A stretch of DNA of 64,000 nucleotides from Diplonema japonicum (Eukaryota > Protista > Euglenozoa: Diplonemea): the NCBI GenBank assembly GCA_964019335.1, contig OZ025748.1, positions 62,001 through 126,000 of the forward strand. The letters run 5' to 3'. Positions 1 to 10,480 of the stretch are shown piece by piece. Under the pieces are notes generated by a model. The model saw only the letters and a list, made by a program, of their open reading frames with translations, was not told the origin of the DNA and made no database searches. Position numbers and translations under genes: made by a program. Each line of letters begins with the position of its first letter. Positions within the stretch are counted from its first letter, which is position 1.

Positions 1-1512
1 CACTCAACCCTCAGGTGTGTGTACGCGAAGGTGCAACGACTGCAGGAGGAAAACGAATTGCTGCGGAAAATCGCAAGACATAACACATGCCTTTTAGATG
101 AAATCGATGAGTTGAAACGCGCGCACGAAACCTTGAAAGGTGAAAACACACGCGTGGAAATGCTTTTGACAGACTGCGAAAACAAAATGCTTGTCGAGAA
201 AACAGAGTGGAAGCAAAGAATGGTGAATGGGAACAGGTCGCATAATATAATCGAAGCCGAGCTTGCAACGCTTCGACTTGAGCACGCGGACGCCACCAGC
301 AAGCTTGCTGAGATGGGTTCCGAGATAGCGTATTTAAGAGAAAACTACACCCCACGTCCAAAAGGATTTCGGAACCCCGGACAATCCACACGGGATTTTA
401 CGCAAAACCTGCAGGACAAAACGGTAAAACTGGAGAACGTCTTGGAACACACAGCGAAGAAACTGACATCCGCGGAAGCGTTCGCCACGTTTCTCGCAGA
501 GGAGGATCGTGCTGCGGTGCCGGAGTGTTTCCCGCACCACAGCAAGAATCTTCCTGGAAAAGGCGGTTTCAAATGGATACCGGTCCATCTCCGGCATTTC
601 GGATCGCTTCGACATCGTAGCCTGACCACTCTCGATGTCCAACACACCATGAAAGAACTGGAACTCTGGGCCGGCCCCTTCAAACTAGAAGACCCAAACG
701 TTGAACCACAGGACCTTTTATGGTCATGGATATCTGCAAAACACCAACCGTCAGAACACCACGAGACAATATACAACATTCTGGAGGCTGCGAAACGGAG
801 TAAAAACCCGATTTTAATTGCATATGATGAGTGGTTCAACGGGGAGATAAGCTGGGCCAGTATTAAGGAACTGGAAAGGGTCGAGACAGCACTGGTGGAG
901 GACATCGAGAAAGCAGCGGCCGGGAAGAAAGAGCTGCAGAAGAAACGATTTATCGAGGTGATTGCGCAGTTTTTCGGGAAATCGAAAACCGAGGGTGAAT
1001 ATTTCCAGCTGCGGTGTGCGTTGCAGCGAGACATAGATGCCTCAGGAGGGAGGAAGAAAAAAGTTAGTTCCAACCCTGTATACTGGCAGGCATTGTTCTC
1101 ACCCACTGCACCTAATGCTTCTTCGGATTTCCTAACATCGCTACGCGCGCAGCATTTCCAAAATATTCATGATCTTACCGCGGATGTTGAACACCTTCTC
1201 CACTCCAGCTCCATTGCTTCACACGATGTCTTGTACACCAGCACGTTGTTGCTGACGTCTATTATCCTCTCGGTCGAGCCCCTCACGCCAAGCTCTTTGG
1301 CTGCTTCGATATCCCAGGCTTTATCCGAATCTGGGGAGTCTATTTTCCCCTTGCAACCCCTTGTGGCCAGGCTTCGGAAGGGGCTCAACCTGAAACGTCT
1401 TTCTAAAAAACAGGATTTAAAACGACCCTTGAAAAGCTTGATGACCGACGCAATCACACGCGCGAACGCTGAACTACAAAAGGAGCTTAAGAGTAGAGAA
1501 GCGGAGGATTGA
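1..1512 (+). CDS. Coiled-coil protein, TSNAXIP1 (translin-associated factor X-interacting protein 1)-like; 5'-partial
   Basis: Frame is open from base 1 (the ORF track starts at GTG 19, not ATG). N-terminal coiled coil, then YTPRP and G.G...IP.HLRH.G.LRHR.L...D, resembling the TSNAXIP1 family as recalled. T-tract follows the stop. Confidence 0.6.
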   Translation, partial: HSTLRCVYAKVQRLQEENELLRKIARHNTCLLDEIDELKRAHETLKGENTRVEMLLTDCENKMLVEKTEWKQRMVNGNRSHNIIEAELATLRLEHADATSKLAEMGSEIAYLRENYTPRPKGFRNPGQSTRDFTQNLQDKTVKLENVLEHTAKKLTSAEAFATFLAEEDRAAVPECFPHHSKNLPGKGGFKWIPVHLRHFGSLRHRSLTTLDVQHTMKELELWAGPFKLEDPNVEPQDLLWSWISAKHQPSEHHETIYNILEAAKRSKNPILIAYDEWFNGEISWASIKELERVETALVEDIEKAAAGKKELQKKRFIEVIAQFFGKSKTEGEYFQLRCALQRDIDASGGRKKKVSSNPVYWQALFSPTAPNASSDFLTSLRAQHFQNIHDLTADVEHLLHSSSIASHDVLYTSTLLLTSIILSVEPLTPSSLAASISQALSESGESIFPLQPLVARLRKGLNLKRLSKKQDLKRPLKSLMTDAITRANAELQKELKSREAED

Positions 1513-1696
1513 ACCTGGACCTCGCCTTCCGGCCGGTTTTTTTTTTTTTTTTTTTTTTTCTCTTTTTTTTTCTTATTTCCACGGTGCACGCCACTTTAAA
1601 AAAAAAGGAGGTGGGATAAAGGGGAAAATAAAAACAATATAAAGGGAGGGGAGGGGGGGGTTTTTTTTTTACCCTCCCCCCCATATTCCCCCCCCT

Positions 1697-2280
1697 CACC
1701 GATACACTGGAAGAAGTAAGTCTTACTGCGGAAGGGCGATGGCTGCTGGGCCCTGTCGCAGCCAGGGACAAAAAGGCGAAGGGGGTCCCTGAGGAATGCT
1801 TGACATGCAGTTGTGGAAGGCTAGCGCATGGTCTCCCGAAAAGGGTGCGAGAGGCGCTGGTCAGGACTGGGAAGTTTAAGGACCATGACAGTGACAACCC
1901 CCACGATCCCGTAAAAAACAGAACGGGTGTTGCTCCAGCGGTGATGCCGGAGCAAGCTACTGGGGTCCCTGACCCCCCGAGAACAGTGGGCCTCACTACA
2001 CCACCTATTTATCCTTTGGTCACACAAACAAACAGACCCAGTCCTGTCTACCCCCTAAGGCCAGGTGGGTACCGCTCTCCTGCGGTCTCGGAGTCCCTTG
2101 GTCACACTTACTCCTCTAATGACTTAGACACTACTCACTCGTCTTCTTCATCTTTCGGCACCTTCGGAAGGACCCATTACTCCCATAGAACATATGCTCC
2201 CTTTAGGGGCAGAGGGGCTTATATACAGCACCCTCACGATCCAAGATCGGGGCATGTGTAGCTGAATTCGGTGTAAGGAC
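1697..2280 (+). other. Coding-like relic, possibly a degenerate retroelement 3' fragment
   Basis: Complex sequence between homopolymers with an open frame lacking ATG. TLEEVSLTAEGRWLL weakly resembles VLERIHLKGTGNHLI of the 47.6 kb remnant. Ends just before G- and T-runs. Confidence 0.25.
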
Positions 2281-3002
2281 GGGGGGGGCTTTTTTTTTGA
2301 AGTTTTTTAAAAAGTTTTTTTTTTTTCCATATAAGAATGCTGGCAGCGTTAAGCGTTACGAAAAAGACCCTTTTTTTTTGGGAGAAGGGAAAAAAAAAAA
2401 AAAGAGGTTTAGGGTAATCGTTGCGCTCAACGTTTGCCTATTTTTTTTTTTTTTTCTTTTTCCTCTTTTTTTCTTTTTAGTTTTTTTTTTTTTTTTTTTT
2501 TTATTAGTCACAGCACACCCCCCCTTTCACACGGAATCTTCTTCATTTACTTGGAAGGAGCGATGGGGGAGAAAAAAAAAAGAGTAGTACGGGTGTACAG
2601 CTTATCTGGTTCTTTTCGTTCTTCCTCCCCTCCCCTTCACCTTCTGCGTTCCCTTCCACCCCAAGGGCTCCACAGCTGTGCCGTCACTGGTTACTTCGCA
2701 TCCTCTACAACTCGCTAGTAGTTTAATTTCACGAGACAAAGCCACCAGGAGGAGGAGGAGAGGGGGGGGGGGGGGGGGGTAAAGAGGGGAAGGAAAAAAA
2801 ACAAAAAAAAACAGTAGTTATTTTTTTCTTTTTCTTTTTTTTCCCATTCTTTTGTTTTTTTTTTTATCTCAAAACAAAAAAAAAAAATCCTCTTAGTATT
2901 CTTTATTATTAAGACGAACCATTCTGCTTTGAAAAACCAAACCATTTTCAGAAGGGGGAGAGAGGGGGGGAAAAAAAAGAAGAAGAAGAAAAAAAAAAAC
3001 AA

Positions 3003-4703
3003 ATGGTGTGCACGATCCTAACCTCGGCAGACTTGTTTGGGACGAAGCTGAACTATGAGCTAGATTTCCCAAAAGTACCGAACGTAGAGGAGCTAAGGCA
3101 CCGTGCAGAGCAGGTTTTCGGAGCAGAGGCTGGTAACCGCCGCCCTGCAGGTGTTCCAACAACACAAACATTCAAAGCACACCGAATGCAGACATTTGAC
3201 GATGGTGTCGAACTATGGGTAGATCTTGTGAATTCCACACAGCTGCAAGACTTCGCACAAGTTTACATCTTCCAGAAGGAAACCCATTGGCACAAGGAGG
3301 TTCAAAGCAAAATCCCTCCCCCTGTGAAACCACCCGTACCGGTTGTGGTACAGGCAAGCCCTCCAAAGAGGAGAGAAGAAATTCCTGTCGGCCTCGTACC
3401 TACCCCTACTCCCGAGCATCTTGCAAGCCCCAGCCCGGTTCATCTCGTTTCGCAAATCGAAGCCACTCACCAAGAAAAAACACGAATTGTGTATGAAGAA
3501 CTCGACGCCACGAAGCGCCGCGAAGTGACACGAGACGACTGGCAGACCGCCTTCGACAGGGTGCAGCTAGCTGAGTATGAAGCGGACCTCTTCGTGAAGA
3601 CGGACAGGAACAAGGACAATGTTGTCAGCTTCCAGGAGTTCCAGGTGTTCGCAGACCTGTACCCCACCCTTCTCGACGCGCTGTACTACCGTCTGCGGGA
3701 CTTCTGGCTTGTTAAACAACAGGAGGACTCCATTTCCGTGTCACTCAAGACCCTCGACGTGCTTCGCGAGAGGGAAACCGCCGCCAGAGAGGAGGTCGTT
3801 GCCGCCACGCACGAAAGCATCCACAAGGAGTCCGCGCTGACCGCGCAGATGAACGAGGTAGTGGTGGCACAGGGCAGGGAACGCGACGCCATGGCGGTCA
3901 TGGAAGCCTCCGCACAAGAGACGGAACGCTGCAGGACGTCCGTTGCAACGAACGTTGCGGACCTCCAGTCGTGCAAAGAACAGGAGAGCGTGTCGCACAT
4001 AAACCACATTGCAGGGCTGCGGGAGGTCGAAACACACGGTGTGAAGCTGAAGCTGGCTGAAGAGGAGACACACAAAGCTACCCTGCGGCTGCAGGACATC
4101 ATGCGCTTACTGGAAGAACAGCAGATAGAAGTCGCGAAAAAAAAAGAATTCGAGCTAAGCACCGCCGCCGATCTGGTTTCAGAGGAGGCAAAGGCAAGGA
4201 ACCTAGCTGCTCAGCTGGAGGCTTCGCAAGGGCAAACCCGTCTGGCCACGGACAGGCTTTCAGTTGCAGAGACAGAACTGACGCAAGCACAGGAAAGGGA
4301 GAGGGAATGTGGAGTGGTGCATCTGCAGGCAAGGGAAGAAGCAATCAGACAGCTAGCTAAAAAGGAGCAAACCGAGAACGAACTTTTAGTAAGCAAGGAG
4401 CTGGTTCTCCTGAAACAACAAGACGAGGATGCAGCATCGCGAAGCGTGCAAGCGCAGCTTAAAGCCACGGAGACCTTGCAGGAAACATGCACTAACTTGC
4501 TGGCAAGATGTATGACGACAAGGGAGGAAGAGGCACCGCTCATCGTGCAAGAGGTGCGCCTCCGTGATGCGCGCGACAATCTCGAGGCAGAGGAAGCCCG
4601 CTTGAGGACCGACCACCAGCACTTCCACACCTCTTCGCAGAGGTCCACCCTCCCTTCCCCCCGTGCAGTCATTCCTTCGATCACTGCTTCCCCGAGACGT
4701 TAG
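3003..4703 (+). CDS. BILBO1: BILBO1-family cytoskeletal protein (N-terminal ubiquitin-like domain, EF-hands, long coiled coil)
   Basis: ADLFGTKLNYELDFP...RRP..VP...WVDL....QL.DF.Q.YIFQ....WHKE.Q..IPPP.KPP matches the recalled trypanosome BILBO1 N-terminal domain. EF-hand DRNKDNVVSFQEF, followed by YP.LLD.LY and a coiled coil. Confidence 0.85.
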   Translation: MVCTILTSADLFGTKLNYELDFPKVPNVEELRHRAEQVFGAEAGNRRPAGVPTTQTFKAHRMQTFDDGVELWVDLVNSTQLQDFAQVYIFQKETHWHKEVQSKIPPPVKPPVPVVVQASPPKRREEIPVGLVPTPTPEHLASPSPVHLVSQIEATHQEKTRIVYEELDATKRREVTRDDWQTAFDRVQLAEYEADLFVKTDRNKDNVVSFQEFQVFADLYPTLLDALYYRLRDFWLVKQQEDSISVSLKTLDVLRERETAAREEVVAATHESIHKESALTAQMNEVVVAQGRERDAMAVMEASAQETERCRTSVATNVADLQSCKEQESVSHINHIAGLREVETHGVKLKLAEEETHKATLRLQDIMRLLEEQQIEVAKKKEFELSTAADLVSEEAKARNLAAQLEASQGQTRLATDRLSVAETELTQAQERERECGVVHLQAREEAIRQLAKKEQTENELLVSKELVLLKQQDEDAASRSVQAQLKATETLQETCTNLLARCMTTREEEAPLIVQEVRLRDARDNLEAEEARLRTDHQHFHTSSQRSTLPSPRAVIPSITASPRR

Positions 4704-4957
4704 ATATTTGATAGAATTGATACATTTTTTTTTTTTTTTCCCCCCGGTGACCCTCCCCCCTGCACACCATTTTTGTTAACAGTTCAACTTGTTGTTTTTT
4801 TTTTTGTATATTCCTTCCTCATTGTTTGTAGATTTTCCTTCCCCCTTCCAACCCCCCCGAAAAAAAACGAAAAAACCCCTCCCCCTTTTTTTTTCTTCTT
4901 GGAGAATAATAGAGACCTGAACTGATTTCGCATCTTCACCCCCACAGCAATGCAACC

Positions 4958-7900
4958 ATGGACGGCCGAGTGATTCAACTGTCTCCCACATGGCAGCGTG
5001 AGAATAATGTGTTGAGGGACGAGAAATCCGCATGGTTGGAGGATGCCAGCGAGAAGCATTACTTAGATGCGGTCGACAAAGCAAAGGAGGTGGGGAGGGT
5101 GGGGTCCGTAGTGAGCGTCAAGGCACGGGGCTGGATGGAAAACATGACTGAAACGTGCGTTGAAAGGGAAGGCGAAGAATGGGTACTCGGCGGCATAGTG
5201 AGCGGCCACGGACCAGACCCGAGCGAAACCACACAGTTGGTGAGCGAAGGTCTCTCTCGCGAGCTAGTAGCAGGGTTCAAAAACGTAAACTCCACGAACC
5301 ACTCCAAATTGGTTGACATTTCACGAAAGGCCCATGCAATGACCGACACGCTACTACCCGCCGATGCTGAAACCTCGGGATGCATGAGCGCCACAGCATT
5401 TGTGACAAAGAATTTATGTATCTGTTCCACCGTGGGTAAATGCGGTGCGTTCCTCTGCAGGAACGGGAAATTGATCCCGCTAACAGCACAGCATGTTCCA
5501 AGCTCTTCCAAGGAAACGGTGAGAATCGAGGCTGCTGGGTCTTCGGTAGACAGGGAGGGGAAGCTAGACGGTGTTTTAACATGTTCGCGATTGTTCGGGA
5601 TGGCGCAGTACAAACGGAATGAAGAAGCTGCTCCTGAGGCTCAGGCGGTCGTTGCAACACCTGATGTGACGTTGTTCACGATGCAGGCCAGCGACACGTT
5701 TGTTCTTCTCGGCAACGACGATTTCTTCAAGAGCATTCAAAAAACGCCGAGCGTCTCCTTGGAAACCCTCACCAGCGTCACCGACATCCACGAAGCAGAA
5801 ATCGCACTATGCGAAATGGTGGACACTTGCTTCGCACCTTCCATCCCCCACGCTGTCGGGGCCGGTAATATATCAGCGTGTTTGATCCTTCTGAACCCAA
5901 AGACAGAAGAAGCATCTCGGAACACTTTGTTCACCACATCAGCTGAAATGCTTGACATTTGGAACGTGTTGGGTATCAGTTGCATGGTGGTCCGGCAAGG
6001 CAGCCTGAGGTCACAGTCGCAGAACCTTCCCCCATCGTTACGCCAAGGTCTGAACAAATTGGATGAGAAATATGATTCGGGCGAACGAAACGGCGATCGG
6101 TCATCGGTGTCGATCCGCATGCCAAGTCGGGAAACGCTTAGAAGCGCTGCTGATTCAACTAAAGCCATTAGACATTTCCCGACACCAGTACATATGTTTA
6201 AGAGGATTTCTGCGGTGATGTCGTGTATGATGGCTGTGCGTGGTGTGTGGGATGCGTCTCGAGGGGAGTTGTACCAAGCTGTCGTGCACTTCGTGGCGGC
6301 GTTAATGCTCGTGGTTTTCTCGTTGTTTTTACACCGTTGTTCCATTCCGCCGGGTCCTGCGAAGTTGGAAGCGGCTACCACTGCCTTTTCGACAGTTTAC
6401 ATCGTGACCTTCGACCTCGTGTCGAACTGCGAAAACGAAATCTGGATTTGCTTTCTTATAGCCATTCTGATCCACGCTACCTTTCCCTCTCCCGACGTCA
6501 GGTACATCGCCGCAACAATTGTAGCGGCGACAAGCTGGGTTGTCTTGCGGGTTTTGGAAACCTCGGAGGGTCTCGGAATGTGTAGGGACCCGTCTCGAAA
6601 ATCCGAATGGGCACCAGGCGAAATATTCATCAGAGCGATGGCGATGGTAGGCGCAGGGCTCATAGGCTGGCAGTTGCGGAACGAAATGCACAGAAACTCG
6701 CTTATGTTGACCGAAATGCGTAAATGCCTGGCAATGACCGCGCAGATCGCAACAACAAGCGACGCTTCCGAAGCAGACCAGGTGCTCCTCATGTCGGGAA
6801 AAGCCGACAGAACCGGTGCCATCTCCAACTCGCTGTTTGAAATCATAGGGTTCATCAAAAAGGTGTTGAGCAGACGCTCGAAAAGCACGATATCCGATCT
6901 GAGCCTCTTGGAGTACAAGTCTGACGCACCATCAACCACATCGGAAGAAGGGGATGAAATGGAAACATGTGACGACTCACACATAAACACCCTCTCTGAA
7001 ACCACTATCAAGTCAAAGCAAAGCACCGTTCTTTGTATTTCCCTGTCGCACGAATTCGACATCGCGGCAGTTACAACCTTCTCAGATGTAACCTGTGCGT
7101 CGATAGAGTCCTGCGACGGCTCCATCATCACCTACTCCGGAAACATGATATGCTCCTTGTGGAATGCGTTTAAACCCTCACCTTACCATGCTCAACAGGC
7201 GGTTACGTGTGCCATGACGATACACAGTCGATTGCACTGTTGTCAGTGGAACATAGCCATCACAACGGGTAGTCTTTACATTGGCAAGGAGGGCGTCAAG
7301 GGAAAACGGTTGGGGTTTGCTGTTGGTAAACCGTTATCCTTGTCATACCCGCTAGTTAAGTGGGCCAAGAACATCCAGGTCACCATTGTCCTTCAAGACA
7401 AGGTGTATGAACAGGTCAGATCCATTATCTACGCAAGGCCCATCGACTCCGTTCAGTTACAGAATGACCGTCCTGATATAATGTATGAACTGCAGGGGAG
7501 CCGCAAGCGGCCGTGCCCGGCAACATGCTCCCCGAGCTTCACGGAAGCGTTCTCATCAATGCAGCAACTGCGTCTCAGCGATGCGATCCGGCAGTTCTCG
7601 GACTTTTTGAAGAGAAACCCCTCCGACAAACAGGCGAGACGGCTGCTTCAAATATCCACCTGGCTGTCGGAGTACGAGAATGTTTACATCTCGGAAGCAT
7701 ACGGGTACTGCAGGCACCTCTCATCAGAACTAGAATACATCTGCGCCGAGATGCTCGGAGGGGACAACTGGAGCTTCGCTGGTTCCGACTACGGGTCCAT
7801 GACAGGATCCCCCAAACGAAAAAGCATGAGTGAAAGCACTATGGAGTTCGATGGCAGTGTTAAACGCGAATCCTTGCAACACGACAAAATCCTCCGCAGG

Positions 7901-8843
7901 CAAATCCGCGATGCAGAAGCTGAAGCGAACGCTGACCAGTTGGTTGCGTGGGGCCTGATGCCCGACAACGGGAAACCTGTTCTTGCGAAGAAGGAGAAAT
8001 CACTACCAACAAGGTTCACCGACCACAAGTCAAGAGAATGGTGCCGCGCAGAGCGGTGTCTTGGGAAAGGCGCTTTCGGAGAAGTGTGGTTAGGCATGGC
8101 TGCTGACGGGTCGCTCGTCGCAATGAAGTCGATGAGACTGCCGACCGCTAAGAAAACTATCGAAGCATCAAGCACGAATTTATCCGCAGCCGCTCGTCGC
8201 CGTTTGGCACGAAAAGCCGGTGGCGGCGGGGGGCAGAGCGGCGGGCCATCTGATCTACAACAAATCGAGGACCTCCTCCGCGAAGTCGGCCTGATGCACA
8301 AGCTCCGCCACGAGAACATTGTTTCATACATGGCCTCCGCTGTGGTCGACGGCTTCATCATGATAGTTATGGAATATCTATCCGGCGGTTCCCTGCACGA
8401 CATGCTGGTTCATTTCAGTGTTGGGAGCATCCCACAAACCTCGCTTCAAAGATATGTGCAAGATATTGTCAGAGGGCTTGAGTTTCTGTATGGGAAAAAA
8501 AAAAAAAAAAAAGAGGGAAAAAAAAAAATTAAAAACAACACAGCCACGCGCACGATATCATCCATCGTGACATGAAGCCGCACAATGTTCTCCTCAATGT
8601 TGAGGGGCAGTGCAAGCTCGCGGATTTCGGGGCTTCTGCTGGTCTTTCCCAGCTTGCAAAAACCAATCAGGGCGTCATTGGTACACCCTTGTATATGTCG
8701 CCTGAAGCATGTAGGGGAGCTGCATGTAAGGCTTCGGACGTGTGGGGTCTGGGCATCATGATGTGCCAGTTGTTCACTGGGGTGGTTCCTTATGTCTTCC
8801 CTCCTGACGAGCCGTTCAATCCCCATACTTTTCTATACAAGGT

Positions 8844-8885
<42 letters not shown>

Positions 8886-9040
8886 ATCCTCAGCTTGGGA
8901 ACACAAGCGACTTTATCCCGATAGTCCCCACTACCCTCCCCCACGATGCTAGGAACATGGCTGCTTCCTGTTTACAAAACACCCCTGAATCACGGCCTGC
9001 GGCAAGTGAGCTGATGTCTTTCCCTTTTGTTCTGAATTAG
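4958..9040 (+). CDS. Multidomain membrane kinase: PP2C-like + ~6 TM + degenerate class III cyclase + STE/MAP3K-like kinase; exons 4958-8487, 8544-8841, 8894-9040
   Basis: Removing two GT-AG introns joins three ORFs and restores GLEFLHAHDIIHRDMKPHN and FLYKLGNT. Kinase motifs GKGAFGEV, VAMK, HRD, DFG, SPE. PP2C-like GHG, HVP...E..RIE.AG and SRLFG...YK. Confidence 0.85.
8488..8543 (+). other. 56-nt A-rich GT-AG intron
   Basis: GTATGG..(A)n..CACAG; removal restores the kinase catalytic loop in frame. Confidence 0.9.
8842..8893 (+). other. 52-nt A-rich GT-AG intron
   Basis: GTATTT(A)n..CCTCAG; removal restores the kinase C-terminus with the RP motif. Confidence 0.85.
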
Positions 9041-9178
9041 AGATTTCTGTGTTTTTTTTTTTTTTTTAAATTTTTTTTTGTTTCCACAAAAAAAGAAAAA
9101 AAAAATAAGAAAAACAAGAATGAAATCCCCAAGCCTTTACAGGTTTTAAAAAGGGGGATACGTTTCACCAAAAAGAAA

Positions 9179-9214
<36 letters not shown>

Positions 9215-9423
9215 AGGGGTTTTCTTTTTCCACTCCTCCCTTCTTTTTTTTTTTTCCTCCCTCCGCCCTAGTAAAGCTTTCCCCTCCCCATTTTCTTTTT
9301 TCTCCTCTTCCTCTCTTTACTTGTTGTGGGACGAAGAAAGGGGAAAAAAAAAGAAGAGGGGCGAAGGAAGTTCGGTCCCATTCCTGTCTTTTTATTTATC
9401 CCTTCCTGAGACTGCAGGTTTTC

Positions 9424-9424
9424 T

Positions 9425-9490
<66 letters not shown>
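9424..9490. repeat. (TTTC)n microsatellite
   Basis: Direct tetranucleotide repeat. Confidence 0.95.
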
Positions 9491-9492
<2 letters not shown>

Positions 9493-9549
9493 TTTTTTCT
9501 TTCTTTCTTACTCCCTTTTCATACTCTTTTAAAGTTTCTGGTTTCTTCT

Positions 9550-9586
<37 letters not shown>

Positions 9587-9745
9587 CATTCTAATACAAT
9601 TTGAGCAAAAATGATAGCTAGAACTTGCTCCTATCTTTCGTGTGCAGCGAAAGATCTTTCGAAGAAAGAAGAAGAAGAAAAAAAAAAAAAAAAAAAGAGG
9701 CAAGTCTCAAAACTATTATTTTTTTTTCCTTCTTTTATATAACTC

Positions 9746-10237
9746 GAGCCGGGTTTTCAAGGGTGGGAGTGAAAATAAAATTTTACTTTATGTCACTCCC
9801 AGCTTTATTTTCACTCCCAGTTACCTTGAAATTAGGCCCAGGAGTGAAATAATGTTCGAGCGTGAAATAATGTAACATTATTTCACTCCTGGGCCTAATT
9901 TCACCTATTCCACCTAGGTTTAGGGCAAGTTACAGCAAGATCAACGCCATCACCCAACGAAACTTCGGTAAAAAAATGCAGAGCTTTCCCCACTTCTTTT
10001 GAAGAAGGCCATGAGGCGAAAAAAAGCTTCGGTGTTAAGTCAGGAACAAATGAAAGAGTATCTGGCAGTGAAATTCAGCGACCCCTACAACGTGTGTCAG
10101 GCACATGCAGCTTGCATGTTTGCAAGCGGGATGAGGACAAAAGAGTCGCACAAACTGAAATTTAGCGACAGTGTATCTCCCACACACTGTAACCCAAATC
10201 CCAACCCTGTAACCTCCCACCCTTTCAAACCCGGCTC
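9746..10237 (+). mobile_element. Tyrosine-recombinase (Crypton-like) element relic bounded by 24-bp inverted repeats
   Basis: 9746-9769 and 10214-10237 are inverted repeats (22/24). Frameshifted peptide YSKINAITQRNFGKKMQSFP / KKASVLSQEQMKEYL...FASGMRTKESHKLKFSD contains the YR box-I GxRxxE..L...D motif. Confidence 0.6.
9827..9903. repeat. Perfect 30-bp inverted repeat with 17-nt spacer
   Basis: tgaaattaggcccaggagtgaaataatgtt (9827-9856) is the reverse complement of 9874-9903. Confidence 0.95.
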
Positions 10238-10480
10238 TTGTTAAATAAAACAACGTATTAGTGAAAATAAGAGCATTATTCCACTTGTGGTGGCAGGTTT
10301 AACTCGTAGCTTTTTACTAAGATCCCTACTCGTTAAACCCCCTGCCACCACGCGTGAAATAATGCTATCTTATTTTCACTTAATAAATAGCTATTTTTTT
10401 TTTATCGCAACACCCTCCCCTCGTACCCTTCCCCCATCACCCCTCCCTTGCATGAATAAAGTCTTTTTTTTTTTTTTTAG

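Noticed and set aside
8488-8893. Programmed frameshifting or sequencing frameshifts at A-runs in the kinase (also Rab5, RidA)
   Set aside because: GT-AG intron removal restores conserved motifs exactly.
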